64,000 nt of DNA from Arenicellales bacterium (GTDB lineage: Bacteria > Pseudomonadota > Gammaproteobacteria > Arenicellales > JAJDZL01), in the NCBI GenBank assembly GCA_965200425.1, contig CBDAUA010000001.1:304812-368811 (forward strand), written 5' to 3'. The translations under genes and the position numbers were made by a program. Below, piece by piece: positions 9,518 to 19,035 of this stretch. Each line of letters begins with the position of its first letter. Position 1 is the first letter of the stretch. The notes beneath the pieces were generated by a model, which had not been told where the DNA came from, did not search any database, and saw only the letters and a list, made by a program, of their open reading frames with translations.

Positions 9518-10531
9518 TTAGCTTGCCAGTAACTCGTCAGCGGCAACTCGCAAAAATCGAGTTACATCTGATAGTAAACCTGGATTTGCTGCACAGTGTC
9601 CGAAATCTGATTCAATGACTCTCAATTCAGCGTTAGGCATATGTGAAGCTTCAAATGCGTTGTCTTCTGGTGGAAAGTAGAGATCCGTTGCGCACGGCGC
9701 GACAATAGCCCGAGCAGTAATTGATTTCAAGGCTTGAATAAAATCACATTTGTATAAGTGGTTTGCACTGACATCACCATGCTGCCAGGTCACTAGCATC
9801 GCCATCAAGTCATTTGCATCCCAAAGAAGATGATCTTTTTCCCAATAATGAAATACATCATCAATCGATTTGAAACCAAAATTCTTGTACAGTTTGTCGC
9901 GAAAGAACGCTTGCGAATACGCCCAACCCGCATATACACGCGCAAAAGCTTTTACGCCCTTCACAGGCTGACGCTCGTAATTGCCTCCGTTCCACTCACT
10001 GTCCGCAGTCAAAGCAGCCTTTACACCTTCCAAAAACACCTGATTGTGAGCTGAGGTCTTAGCTGAGCCACAGTAGGGAAGAATCGCTCCAACTCGATCA
10101 GGATACTGTGCGGCCCATTGAAAAGTTTGCATCGCTCCCATTGACCAACCGATTACTAGTCGAATTTGTTCGATTCCCCAAAGTTCTTCTAGCATCAGTT
10201 GCTGAAGATGAACGTTGTCAAACAGCGTAACGACAGGAAAGTTTGCCCCGTTCAGAGGTTCAGAAGTGTTACTTGGGGATGACGAGATACCGTTACCAAG
10301 CATGTTGGGGACAACAATGAAATAACGTTCAGGATCTAAAACACGGTCACTACGAATCACACGAGAGTTACTTCTGTGGGTGCCCGTGTAGTAAGTCGGC
10401 ATGACGATGACATTGTCCTTCGCCGAATTCAATCGCCCGTGTGTTTGAAATGCAAGTCGAACCTTCGAAAATGACGCTCCAGATTGAAGTTCAAACTGTC
10501 TGCGCTCGTATGTTTTGTAGTCTTTTGGCAT
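9518..10531 (-). CDS. Alpha/beta-hydrolase-fold acyltransferase, homoserine O-acetyltransferase (MetX)-like
   Basis: It has a nucleophile elbow (GWSMGAMQTFQWA) and a C-terminal His region (ESDFGHCA). The N-terminal region (FELQSGASFSKVRLAFQTHGRLN) is typical of the MetX family. Confidence 0.6.
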   Translation of the reverse strand: MPKDYKTYERRQFELQSGASFSKVRLAFQTHGRLNSAKDNVIVMPTYYTGTHRSNSRVIRSDRVLDPERYFIVVPNMLGNGISSSPSNTSEPLNGANFPVVTLFDNVHLQQLMLEELWGIEQIRLVIGWSMGAMQTFQWAAQYPDRVGAILPYCGSAKTSAHNQVFLEGVKAALTADSEWNGGNYERQPVKGVKAFARVYAGWAYSQAFFRDKLYKNFGFKSIDDVFHYWEKDHLLWDANDLMAMLVTWQHGDVSANHLYKCDFIQALKSITARAIVAPCATDLYFPPEDNAFEASHMPNAELRVIESDFGHCAANPGLLSDVTRFLRVAADELLAS

Positions 10532-10538
10532 TTAAAAG

Positions 10539-11903
10539 TTAGAAAAATTTCAAATACCGATCAACTTCCCAATCTGAAACATGATTGTGATATTCCTCCC
10601 ATTCACTACGTTTGAACTCGACGTAAGTTTTGAACATCAAATCTCCCATAACTTGTTTACTTAATGGGTCTTTTTCGAAACAATTAATTGCTTGTTCAAG
10701 CGTACGTGGCAGGTATGAAACTCCGAGCTCAGCAAGCTCTTGATCTGACTTTAGGTACATATTGTCGGTATGCGGTGAACCTGGATCCAGCCTCTCCCGT
10801 ATACCTTCGAGTCCAGCTGCAAGAACCATCGCCCCACCCAAGTACGGATTGTTGGAAATGTCTGCTGCTCGTAGTTCGACGCGACCACCTCCCAATGGAA
10901 CCCGTACAGCATTGGTTCTATTGTTGTTACCGAAACAAGCAAAAACCGGCGCCCAGGTAAAGCCAGACATACTCCCTTCTTTAATGAGACGCTTGTAGCT
11001 ATTCACGGTTGGAGATATCACCGCGCAAAGAGCCGGCAAATGCTTCAAGATACCACCAATAAAGTAATAACCAAGTTGGGATAACCCACAACCTCGTTCA
11101 TCGTCACAGGACTCAAAAAGATTTTTGCCACTATCAATATCTGCCAGTGACATGTTGTAGTGAGCCCCACTACCAGCACGGTCTGGAAAAGGTTTCGGCA
11201 TAAATGATGCGAAATACCCGTGTTGATGTGCAATTTCCTGCACGAGTAAACGAAAGAAAACGAATCGGTCCGCCATGGTCAATCCGTCGAAATAACGAAA
11301 ATCAATCTCGAACTGTCCATTCCCATCTTCATGATCAAAGGAGTAAACATCGTAGCCCAAACCATTCAGCTCCGCCACGATCTTTTCCAGTAGTTCAAAA
11401 CTGTCGAGAGTCGAACGGACATCATAGGCTGGCTTGGCTAGATCATCGCGTGGGCCAATCGGACCAAAGCTTGAGCTATTGATTTGTTTTAGCAAAAAGA
11501 ATTCTGGTTCTATCCCAAAATTGAACTGAAATCCTAAATCACTTGCTTGCTTCAACACATTTTTAAATCTGGTGCGCGAACAGGCTTCAAACGGAACTCC
11601 TTCACAAAAAAGATCACTTGCGTACCAAGCTACCTCCGGCTGCCAAGGCAAAATTAGACATGACTTAGGTTCTGGGTGAGGTGAAACTTCTTCATCGCTT
11701 ACTTCCTGAGGAACACCATCGAGTGCTGCACCCGTGCAAAGCTCCGAGCCCTGCATCATTCGGCTCAAATGTGAAATGGGTACAAACTTTGATTTTGAAA
11801 TTCCGTGAATATCTACATAGCTCGCAAGAACATACTTTACGCCTTGAGCTTTCAAGCGATTTGATTCGTCTTCGTATACCGATTGATTCATGTCAAAAAC
11901 CAA
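10539..11903 (-). CDS. Glutamine synthetase family protein (GlnA / PuuA / gamma-glutamyl-amine synthetase-like)
   Basis: The ORF is 454 aa. Its catalytic-domain layout is GS-like (GIEPEFFLL, GSGAHYNMSL, NAVRVP, RVELRAADISNNPYL). The substrate cannot be assigned from sequence. Confidence 0.7.
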   Translation of the reverse strand: MVFDMNQSVYEDESNRLKAQGVKYVLASYVDIHGISKSKFVPISHLSRMMQGSELCTGAALDGVPQEVSDEEVSPHPEPKSCLILPWQPEVAWYASDLFCEGVPFEACSRTRFKNVLKQASDLGFQFNFGIEPEFFLLKQINSSSFGPIGPRDDLAKPAYDVRSTLDSFELLEKIVAELNGLGYDVYSFDHEDGNGQFEIDFRYFDGLTMADRFVFFRLLVQEIAHQHGYFASFMPKPFPDRAGSGAHYNMSLADIDSGKNLFESCDDERGCGLSQLGYYFIGGILKHLPALCAVISPTVNSYKRLIKEGSMSGFTWAPVFACFGNNNRTNAVRVPLGGGRVELRAADISNNPYLGGAMVLAAGLEGIRERLDPGSPHTDNMYLKSDQELAELGVSYLPRTLEQAINCFEKDPLSKQVMGDLMFKTYVEFKRSEWEEYHNHVSDWEVDRYLKFF

Positions 11904-12050
11904 TAATTTGTAATGATCGCTCTTTCAGACGATCTTTAATCTGAAAGTAGATAGTGTAAAGGCCAAGATGTCCTTCAGTAATCTCGACTACACTACGAAC
12001 GATCGGACGTAAATTGAGATGAATTGACTCGCGAATGAAACGAAGTCGTT

Positions 12051-12974
12051 TCAAGTATTTGGATGAAAAATCTTCCCAATACATGCGGGGGCATTCAGTT
12101 TTACGCGTGTTGCATTTCGAGAAATCAAGACAAGTACCAAAATCGTAATTAGATAAGGCAACATTGAAAGGATTTGGGCCGGTAGACGTACACCAATCCC
12201 TTGTAAATGGAGTTGAAAGATTGTGATTGCACCAAATAAATAAGCACCAATCAGAAGACGACCTGGTTTCCAAGTGGCGAACACAACAAGTGCAAGTGCA
12301 ATCCAACCGCGACCTGCAGTCATCTGCTCCACCCACATCGGAGTATATGAGATCGACAAAAATGCACCTCCTAAGCCGGCCATCGCGCCGCCAAACATCA
12401 CAGCCAGAAAACGAATTGTGATTACCGGGTAACCGATTGAGTGTGCGGCATCATGAGATTCACCAACAGCCCGAAGAACCAATCCAGGTTTGGAATGATT
12501 CAGAAACCAATGAACGGCGATCACCATAATCACCGAAAAATAAATGAGTATGTCTTGCGAGAATAACAAAGGTCCTATGAGTGGGATATCTCCTAAGACA
12601 GGAATATCGAGAGCAGGTAGTTTGTCAATCGGTAAGCCAATGAAAGGAATTCCAATTAATGAACTCAGACCAACTCCAAACAATGTTAGTGCCAGCCCAG
12701 ATGCAACCTGATTGGCCAAGAACAGAAGTGTTAAAACACCAAATAATAATGACATTGTGATGCCTGCCATTGCTCCGGCCAAGATTCCAAGTGCCCAACT
12801 CCCGGTCGTCAAGGTAACAATAAAGGCACATACAGCACCTACCAACATCATTCCTTCCACACCTAGATTTAACACGCCGGATTTTTCAACAATCAGTTCG
12901 CCTGTGGCTGCTAGCAACAATGGAGTTGCTGCGCTCACTACGGTCAATAAAATTAATTCAGTGGTTGTAATCAA
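12051..12974 (-). CDS. ABC transporter permease (BMP/nucleoside system, YufQ/RbsC-like)
   Basis: It is a 307-aa polytopic hydrophobic protein. It sits in an operon with a second permease and a double-ABC ATPase. Confidence 0.8.
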   Translation of the reverse strand: MITTTELILLTVVSAATPLLLAATGELIVEKSGVLNLGVEGMMLVGAVCAFIVTLTTGSWALGILAGAMAGITMSLLFGVLTLLFLANQVASGLALTLFGVGLSSLIGIPFIGLPIDKLPALDIPVLGDIPLIGPLLFSQDILIYFSVIMVIAVHWFLNHSKPGLVLRAVGESHDAAHSIGYPVITIRFLAVMFGGAMAGLGGAFLSISYTPMWVEQMTAGRGWIALALVVFATWKPGRLLIGAYLFGAITIFQLHLQGIGVRLPAQILSMLPYLITILVLVLISRNATRVKLNAPACIGKIFHPNT

Positions 12975-12994
12975 AACTTTAAATCCAACTTTGT

Positions 12995-14092
12995 CTAGTT
13001 TGTTGCTCTGGCAAATTTGATCTCTAGCCGATAATTGACGAATAAGTCACATGCCAATAAGAAAAACAAGAGCATTCCCTGGAAGACACCGGCAATTGCC
13101 AGCGGTAAACCAAGCTTAATTTGTACAGATTCGCCACCCAAATAGGAAAGGGCAAGTACTAAACTAGCAAACAGAATCCCCGCCGGATGAAGCCTGCCCA
13201 AAAAGGCAACGATAATTGCTGCAAATCCGTAACCAGGTGAAATATTTGGTTGCAGCTGATTGATTAGACCAGATACTTCAATCGTTCCCGCGAGTCCTGC
13301 CAAACCACCTGCTCCTAGTAGCACATACCAAACTGTACGACTGGATTGAACTCCCGAATATCGAGCAGCATCCGGTGCTAACCCCGCCACTTTTAGCTGA
13401 AACCCGGTAATTGTCCTCGACAAAATAATCCACCCTGTGGCGATTACCAAAACTGAAAAGAAAACCCCCGCGTGTAATCTAGTCCCACTCAACAAGTTCG
13501 GAAGTATCGCTGCGTCCTGAAAAAATACGCTTTCTGGGAAATTAAATCCTGCTGGATCTCGCCAAGGACCATGAACCAATGTGCTCAACAGCAAAGTGGC
13601 TACGTATACCAACAATAAACTAGTGAGAATTTCGTTTGTATTGAATCGAGTCTTCAAAAATGCTGGAATCGCCGCCCAAGCCATACCGCCGAGTATCCCC
13701 ATGATCAAAATCGCGGGTAACATCAAAAAGTTGTCCCACTGCGGAAAATAGATGACGAGAGCACCACCGGTGAGTGCACCAAAGGTTAACTGTCCTTCTG
13801 CACCGATATTCCAAACATTGGCCCGAAATCCCATGGACAATCCGACCGCGATGATCGCGAGCGGACTCGCTTTAATGATAAGTTCACAAACTCCATACAA
13901 ATCGCTTATCGGGCTGATAAAAAATGTGTACAGAGCTTCCAATGCTGGATACCCCAAAAAATAGAAGAGAATGCAACCAGACACCAAACTTAAAAAAAGT
14001 GCTAGCAGAGGTGTCAACCAAATCATTTTCTGGGAATGAGATTGTCTTTTTACCAGTTTAAACATGGCTCGAAATCCGTTCTGGTGTTTCAA
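12995..14092 (-). CDS. ABC transporter permease (BMP/nucleoside system, YufP-like)
   Basis: It is a 365-aa polytopic hydrophobic protein. Its start overlaps the end of the upstream ATPase gene. The real start may be the internal Met (MFKLVKRQ). Confidence 0.8.
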   Translation of the reverse strand: MKHQNGFRAMFKLVKRQSHSQKMIWLTPLLALFLSLVSGCILFYFLGYPALEALYTFFISPISDLYGVCELIIKASPLAIIAVGLSMGFRANVWNIGAEGQLTFGALTGGALVIYFPQWDNFLMLPAILIMGILGGMAWAAIPAFLKTRFNTNEILTSLLLVYVATLLLSTLVHGPWRDPAGFNFPESVFFQDAAILPNLLSGTRLHAGVFFSVLVIATGWIILSRTITGFQLKVAGLAPDAARYSGVQSSRTVWYVLLGAGGLAGLAGTIEVSGLINQLQPNISPGYGFAAIIVAFLGRLHPAGILFASLVLALSYLGGESVQIKLGLPLAIAGVFQGMLLFFLLACDLFVNYRLEIKFARATN

Positions 14093-15596
14093 TATTTACA
14101 CCACCCATCAACAAACCGATTTTTTCTGCGTTTAGAGTTTTGACGGAATGGGAATTCGAAAGTTGTCCTGCAAACATAACCGCGATGCGGTTGCACAATT
14201 GCATGAGTTCTTCTAAATCTTGAGAGATTACGAGAACAGCTGTTCCATTCGCTGCCAAATCCAATAAAGCTCTGTGAATTGCGACTTGTGATCCGGCATC
14301 TACACCCCAAGTCGGCTGAGCGGCGATCATTACCTTTGGATATTGCAAAATTTCACGTCCGAGCAGGAATTTTTGCAAATTTCCCCCAGATAAACTGCCA
14401 GCATCTGAACCAACTCCAGAGTGGCGCACATCGAACTCATCACAAATCTTCTGAGCAAATTCACGGGCGTTCGAGTAATGCATCCATAATCGGCTCGTTA
14501 AATCGTATTTCTTATGTCCCCCTAAAAACACGTTTTCAATCAAAGACATATTGGCTACCGCACCATGCCCAAGACGTTCTTCTGGAACGATGGCTACTCC
14601 GAGATCTCGTCGCTTACGGATTCCTAGTCTTCCACATGGTATTCCGACAACTTGAACAACAGATTCTGAATCCGCTAAGACTTCTCCAGAAAGAATTCGC
14701 ATTAATTCTTCCTGACCGTTACCTGCTACGCCGGCGATACCGAATATCTCACCGGCTCGCACATCAAATTCAATGTTCTTTAGAGAAACACTTCGTTCAG
14801 TTTCTGCAATCTGAGACAATCCGCGAACGCTAAAAATAGATTCTCCGGTTTCTTTGGTGTCGTATTCAGGTGGATTTAAAGACCTACCAATCATCATCTC
14901 AGCGAGGCTTCGTGTATCTTCCTGAGTTGGATCGCACTCTGCGACAACGCGACCACGACGCAAAATGGTAGCATGGTGGCACATAGTTCGAATTTCTTCC
15001 AGCTTGTGACTGATATACAAGACTGAACAGCCTTGGCTAGCTAGTTTTTTTAGTACTTCGAATAAAGAATCTGCTTCTTGAGGTGTGAGTACAGAAGTCG
15101 GTTCGTCCATTATGAGCAGCTTCGGCGATTGAAGCAAACATCGAACAATTTCGACTCGTTGTCGTTCGCCAACAGATAGAGAAAATACATTGCGATCGGG
15201 ATCGAGTCCAAGTCCATACTGATCTGAAACTCGTCGAATTTCATCGGCGAGAGCATCTTTCTTTAAGTCTAAGTCGACGGCAAGCTCGATGTTTTCCCGA
15301 ACAGTCATGGCTTCAAACAAAGAAAAGTGTTGAAAAACCATGCCTATGCCAATCTTGCGGGCTTGATTTGGACTAGTTACTTTGACAGGCATACCATTCC
15401 ACTTCATAGAACCAACATCTGCTGCGTAATACCCATAAATTATTTTTACAAGGGTACTCTTGCCTGCACCATTCTCACCTAGCAATGCATGAATCTGCCT
15501 CTTCTCAATCAAAAGATCGACAGAGTCGTTGGCAATAACTCCCGGAAAAGCTTTGGTGATTCCCTTCAATTCAAGCAGCGGTACTTCGTCAGTCAC
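14058..15596 (-). CDS. ABC transporter ATP-binding protein with two fused ABC domains (sugar/nucleoside type)
   Basis: It has two Walker A motifs (GENGAGKST, GVAGNGQEE) and two signature motifs (LSVGERQ, LSGGNLQ) in 512 aa. Confidence 0.9.
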   Translation of the reverse strand: MTDEVPLLELKGITKAFPGVIANDSVDLLIEKRQIHALLGENGAGKSTLVKIIYGYYAADVGSMKWNGMPVKVTSPNQARKIGIGMVFQHFSLFEAMTVRENIELAVDLDLKKDALADEIRRVSDQYGLGLDPDRNVFSLSVGERQRVEIVRCLLQSPKLLIMDEPTSVLTPQEADSLFEVLKKLASQGCSVLYISHKLEEIRTMCHHATILRRGRVVAECDPTQEDTRSLAEMMIGRSLNPPEYDTKETGESIFSVRGLSQIAETERSVSLKNIEFDVRAGEIFGIAGVAGNGQEELMRILSGEVLADSESVVQVVGIPCGRLGIRKRRDLGVAIVPEERLGHGAVANMSLIENVFLGGHKKYDLTSRLWMHYSNAREFAQKICDEFDVRHSGVGSDAGSLSGGNLQKFLLGREILQYPKVMIAAQPTWGVDAGSQVAIHRALLDLAANGTAVLVISQDLEELMQLCNRIAVMFAGQLSNSHSVKTLNAEKIGLLMGGVNIETPERISSHV

Positions 15597-15634
15597 AAGT
15601 CATTCCTAATGTGCAATATAAGATTCCGTACATG

Positions 15635-16696
15635 TCATCCGGTTGTAGAATGAACACGTCCGACGACTCCTGTTGAGGGTTTGCGATCACTCAATCGATT
15701 TTGACGCTCCTGCAGTAGTTGCGCAGCTGTAGACAGCGCGATCACAGCTGGGAACTTTCCTCGTACACCCTCGATTCCTATCGGGCAGTTCAGTCGGTTG
15801 AGTGTAAAAGCATCAATTCCATCGTCAATCATTCTATTCTTGAAGCGCTGGGCTTTTGTATTTGAACCAATCAAACCCAACCATCCAAAATCTCGTTCTC
15901 GCAGAATTTTTGAGCATATCTCGTAATCCAAACCATGGCTATGAGTCATGACTACATAAAACGTACGAGATGCTTGATCGCTAACAAAAGAAAGAGGATC
16001 ACTCAAGCTATGCACAACGGTATTGAGCGGTATTTCAGTCGGAAACATATCTTTTCTCGAATCAACCCAATCAATCTGAAAAGGAAGATCTTCTAGCAAC
16101 TTGATCAAAGCCTTACCAACATGACCAGCACCAAACAACACCACTTTGGTTGGTCGGTCATCAATTCGTGTCAAAAACCATTCTCCGGATTCGTCTGAAA
16201 AGAGAGTACTACTTGGCTCTGATGACTCTAAGAGTCGCAAAGTTTGTGCTTCTACTGCTGCTGGCACAGTTTCCCAATCATGTTTAGTGCTCAATACAAC
16301 TGTCGTTCCGTCTTCTGCTAAAGAGCTGACTAGAAATTCAATTCGTTTTCTGCCGACGTGGTATAGACGATTGTAAAGTGCTTTCGAATTTTCGGGGGTA
16401 ACCATTTCGAACAGCAATCGCACGGCGCCACCGCAACATTGATTCATCATCACACCCAACCCAAAAAATTCGAGTCGTCTGTTGGGTGTAATTTGACCCG
16501 TCAACATTTTTCGAGCTTGACTCATTGCCTCATGTTCGAGATTCCCTCCACCAATAGTATCCGTGAGTGAGTTGGCGGTTACGAGCATCCGCGCTCCCAC
16601 CTCTCGAGGTGCCGAACCTATCACTTCGACAACGGTCACCAGCACGAATGATTCCTGGTGCTCGCAATGTGTGAGCATTTCGCGTAGCCAGCTCAT
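15635..16696 (-). CDS. xdhC: Xanthine dehydrogenase accessory / MoCo-insertion protein XdhC
   Basis: It lies immediately downstream of xdhB. It has the XdhC/CoxI layout with a Rossmann-like segment (VVLFGAGHVGKALIKLL). I place the start at the ATG at 16696..16694, 2 nt after the xdhB stop. The listed ORF start at 16777 would overlap xdhB by 79 nt. Confidence 0.8.
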   Translation of the reverse strand: MSWLREMLTHCEHQESFVLVTVVEVIGSAPREVGARMLVTANSLTDTIGGGNLEHEAMSQARKMLTGQITPNRRLEFFGLGVMMNQCCGGAVRLLFEMVTPENSKALYNRLYHVGRKRIEFLVSSLAEDGTTVVLSTKHDWETVPAAVEAQTLRLLESSEPSSTLFSDESGEWFLTRIDDRPTKVVLFGAGHVGKALIKLLEDLPFQIDWVDSRKDMFPTEIPLNTVVHSLSDPLSFVSDQASRTFYVVMTHSHGLDYEICSKILRERDFGWLGLIGSNTKAQRFKNRMIDDGIDAFTLNRLNCPIGIEGVRGKFPAVIALSTAAQLLQERQNRLSDRKPSTGVVGRVHSTTG

Positions 16697-16698
16697 AA

Positions 16699-19035
16699 TT
16701 AATTTCTTTTGCGCTTCAATTCTTGGATCATCATTAACACGCGCTCGGGTGTTGCTGGTGCATCCAAATTTGGACATTCCTCATAGTTGGAAACACTAGC
16801 AACAGCATCCGTTATTGCATTAAACACGGAAATCGCTAACATTAGGGGCGGTTCTCCAACTGCTTTCGAGCGATAAATTGTGTCTTCTCGATTTTTCCCA
16901 TGAGCCCAAATATTCACGTAAAACTCATCTGGTACATCGCCACTGCAAGGAATTTTGTAGGTCGAAGGTGCATGCGTTTTTAGACGCCCTGCAGAATCCC
17001 ACCAAAGCTCTTCACTGGTGAGCCAACCTGCGCCTTGTACAAATCCGCCTTCAATTTGTCCAATGTCGATAGCGGGATTCAGAGACTGTCCTGTATCGTG
17101 TAGGATATCAACTCGTCGAATTTGATGCTCTCCTGTCAAGGTGTCGACCGCAACTTCACTAACTGCCGCACCATATCCAAAATAATAAAATGGGCGTCCT
17201 TTCATTTTCGTAGAATCCCAATGGATCTTGGGCGTCTTATAGTAGCCAGTAGCGGAGAGCGATACGCGTGCTCGATGAGCTTGTTTCACGAGTTCCTTGA
17301 AGGTCATTGAATGTCGACTCGCGACAACGTAGCCGTCGACAAATACAATCTCTTCGACTTTGGCTTTGAACAATTGAGCTGCAACCGACGATAGACGACG
17401 TTTAATTTTTCGAGCCGCATCTTGAGCGGCTTTGCCATTTAAGTCAGACCCTGAAGAGGCAGCTGTTGCCGAAGTATTGGGTACTCGAGATGTATTGGTT
17501 TCGGCAATCTTGATTGAATCAAGAGGTAGGGAGAATTCTTCTGCTACAACCTGAGCGACCTTAATGAACAAACCTTGCCCCATTTCGGTTCCACCATGGT
17601 TCAAGTGTACACTGCCATCCGTATACACGTGAATAAGCGCAGCTGCTTGATTGTAATGAGTCATCGTGAAGGAAATTCCAAACTTGACCGGGGTCAAAGC
17701 AATCCCCCTACGAATAATGGGATTGGTTTCATTGAATCGACGAATGTCTTTTCTTCGTGCAAAATATTCGGAATTCTGTAACAACTCTTCGGTCATTTCG
17801 GGCAGTACAAAATCTTTGATTTTCATACCGTACGGTGTTATGTTCCGATCTTCAATTCCATAGTAGTTAAGTTGACGGATATGTACTGGATCTTTTTCGA
17901 GTGCATAGGCAATTTCATCAATAATACGCTCCATACACAACATACCTTGCGGCGCTCCAAAGCCGCGGAACGCCGTATTAGAAACGGTATTGGTACGACA
18001 AGGATGAGTAGTCGCAGTCGCATTTTCCAAGTAATATGCGTTGTCAATATGAAGTAGTGTGCGACCGTTTATAGGTCCCGACAAATCTGCAGAATACCCA
18101 CAACGAGATGACATTTTGACCTGCAATCCTTGAATCGTGCCATTGTCGTCGAATCCGACTTCGTAATTAAAATTGAAGTCATGACGTTTGCCTGTCGATA
18201 GCATGTCAATGTCTCGATCAAGTCGCAATTTTGCTGGTCGACCCGTTTTGTTAGCAACAATGGCTGCGATACAGGCAGATTGAGCGGCTTGAGATTCTTT
18301 GCCTCCGAAAGCACCACCCATACGACGAACTTCTACGATTATGGAGTGCAAAGGCTTAGCCAATGCGTGGGCAATCAGGTGCTGAATTTCCGAAGGATGT
18401 TGAGTAGAAGAGTAGATTACAAGGTCGCCACCTTCTTTCGGAACTGCCATTGCAGCCTGGCCTTCCAAGTAGAAGTGATCCTGACCTCCGCAGCTCAAAC
18501 GACCCGAAATTGTATGAGTGGCACTTTTTAGCGCGGTTTCGCTATCACCGATGCTGACTGTCGAAGGAGGAAGCACAAATTGTTTTAGGTCAAGAGCTTT
18601 GTCTATCGAAAGAATAGGATCTGTTTTTTCATAACGAATTTTCGCAAGACTGCAGGCTGCTCGAGCTGCCAATTCGGATTCGGCGGCGACCGCGAAAACA
18701 AACTGGCCTGCAAATTCCACTTGATCTTGTGCAAATATCGGGTCATCACCAATTGTCGGACTACAATCATTTTTTGCTGGAACCGACTTTGCTGAAAAAA
18801 CACCGACAACACCAGGAGCCTTTTCAACGTCACCAAAGCTCATCGAAATGATGCGAGCCGAAGCGTGTGGGCTCAATGCTGGCCAGATATGTAGCAGATT
18901 ACGTGGCTCGGGGATATCGTCCACATAGATCGCTTCTCCAGCTACATGCTGAGTTGCACTATCGTGTTCCTTTGCCTGTCCTACGGTAGTATGTTCGGAC
19001 CAAACATGCTCAAGCATACATTGAACTCCAAACAC
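16699..19035 (-). CDS. xdhB: Xanthine dehydrogenase molybdopterin-binding subunit
   Basis: The ORF is 778 aa. It carries XDH-type motifs (MGGAFGGKESQ, AFRGFGAPQGM) and sits between xdhA and xdhC. Confidence 0.9.
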   Translation of the reverse strand: MFGVQCMLEHVWSEHTTVGQAKEHDSATQHVAGEAIYVDDIPEPRNLLHIWPALSPHASARIISMSFGDVEKAPGVVGVFSAKSVPAKNDCSPTIGDDPIFAQDQVEFAGQFVFAVAAESELAARAACSLAKIRYEKTDPILSIDKALDLKQFVLPPSTVSIGDSETALKSATHTISGRLSCGGQDHFYLEGQAAMAVPKEGGDLVIYSSTQHPSEIQHLIAHALAKPLHSIIVEVRRMGGAFGGKESQAAQSACIAAIVANKTGRPAKLRLDRDIDMLSTGKRHDFNFNYEVGFDDNGTIQGLQVKMSSRCGYSADLSGPINGRTLLHIDNAYYLENATATTHPCRTNTVSNTAFRGFGAPQGMLCMERIIDEIAYALEKDPVHIRQLNYYGIEDRNITPYGMKIKDFVLPEMTEELLQNSEYFARRKDIRRFNETNPIIRRGIALTPVKFGISFTMTHYNQAAALIHVYTDGSVHLNHGGTEMGQGLFIKVAQVVAEEFSLPLDSIKIAETNTSRVPNTSATAASSGSDLNGKAAQDAARKIKRRLSSVAAQLFKAKVEEIVFVDGYVVASRHSMTFKELVKQAHRARVSLSATGYYKTPKIHWDSTKMKGRPFYYFGYGAAVSEVAVDTLTGEHQIRRVDILHDTGQSLNPAIDIGQIEGGFVQGAGWLTSEELWWDSAGRLKTHAPSTYKIPCSGDVPDEFYVNIWAHGKNREDTIYRSKAVGEPPLMLAISVFNAITDAVASVSNYEECPNLDAPATPERVLMMIQELKRKRN

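Noticed and set aside
11893-12336. A 147-aa Cys-rich minus-strand ORF bridging the GS-like gene and the permease gene
   Set aside because: It overlaps the well-supported permease CDS in another frame and has no domain signal. It is most likely spurious.
16697-16777. An N-terminal extension of XdhC implied by the listed ORF start
   Set aside because: It would overlap the xdhB 3' end by 79 nt. An ATG 2 nt after the xdhB stop gives a normal-length XdhC.
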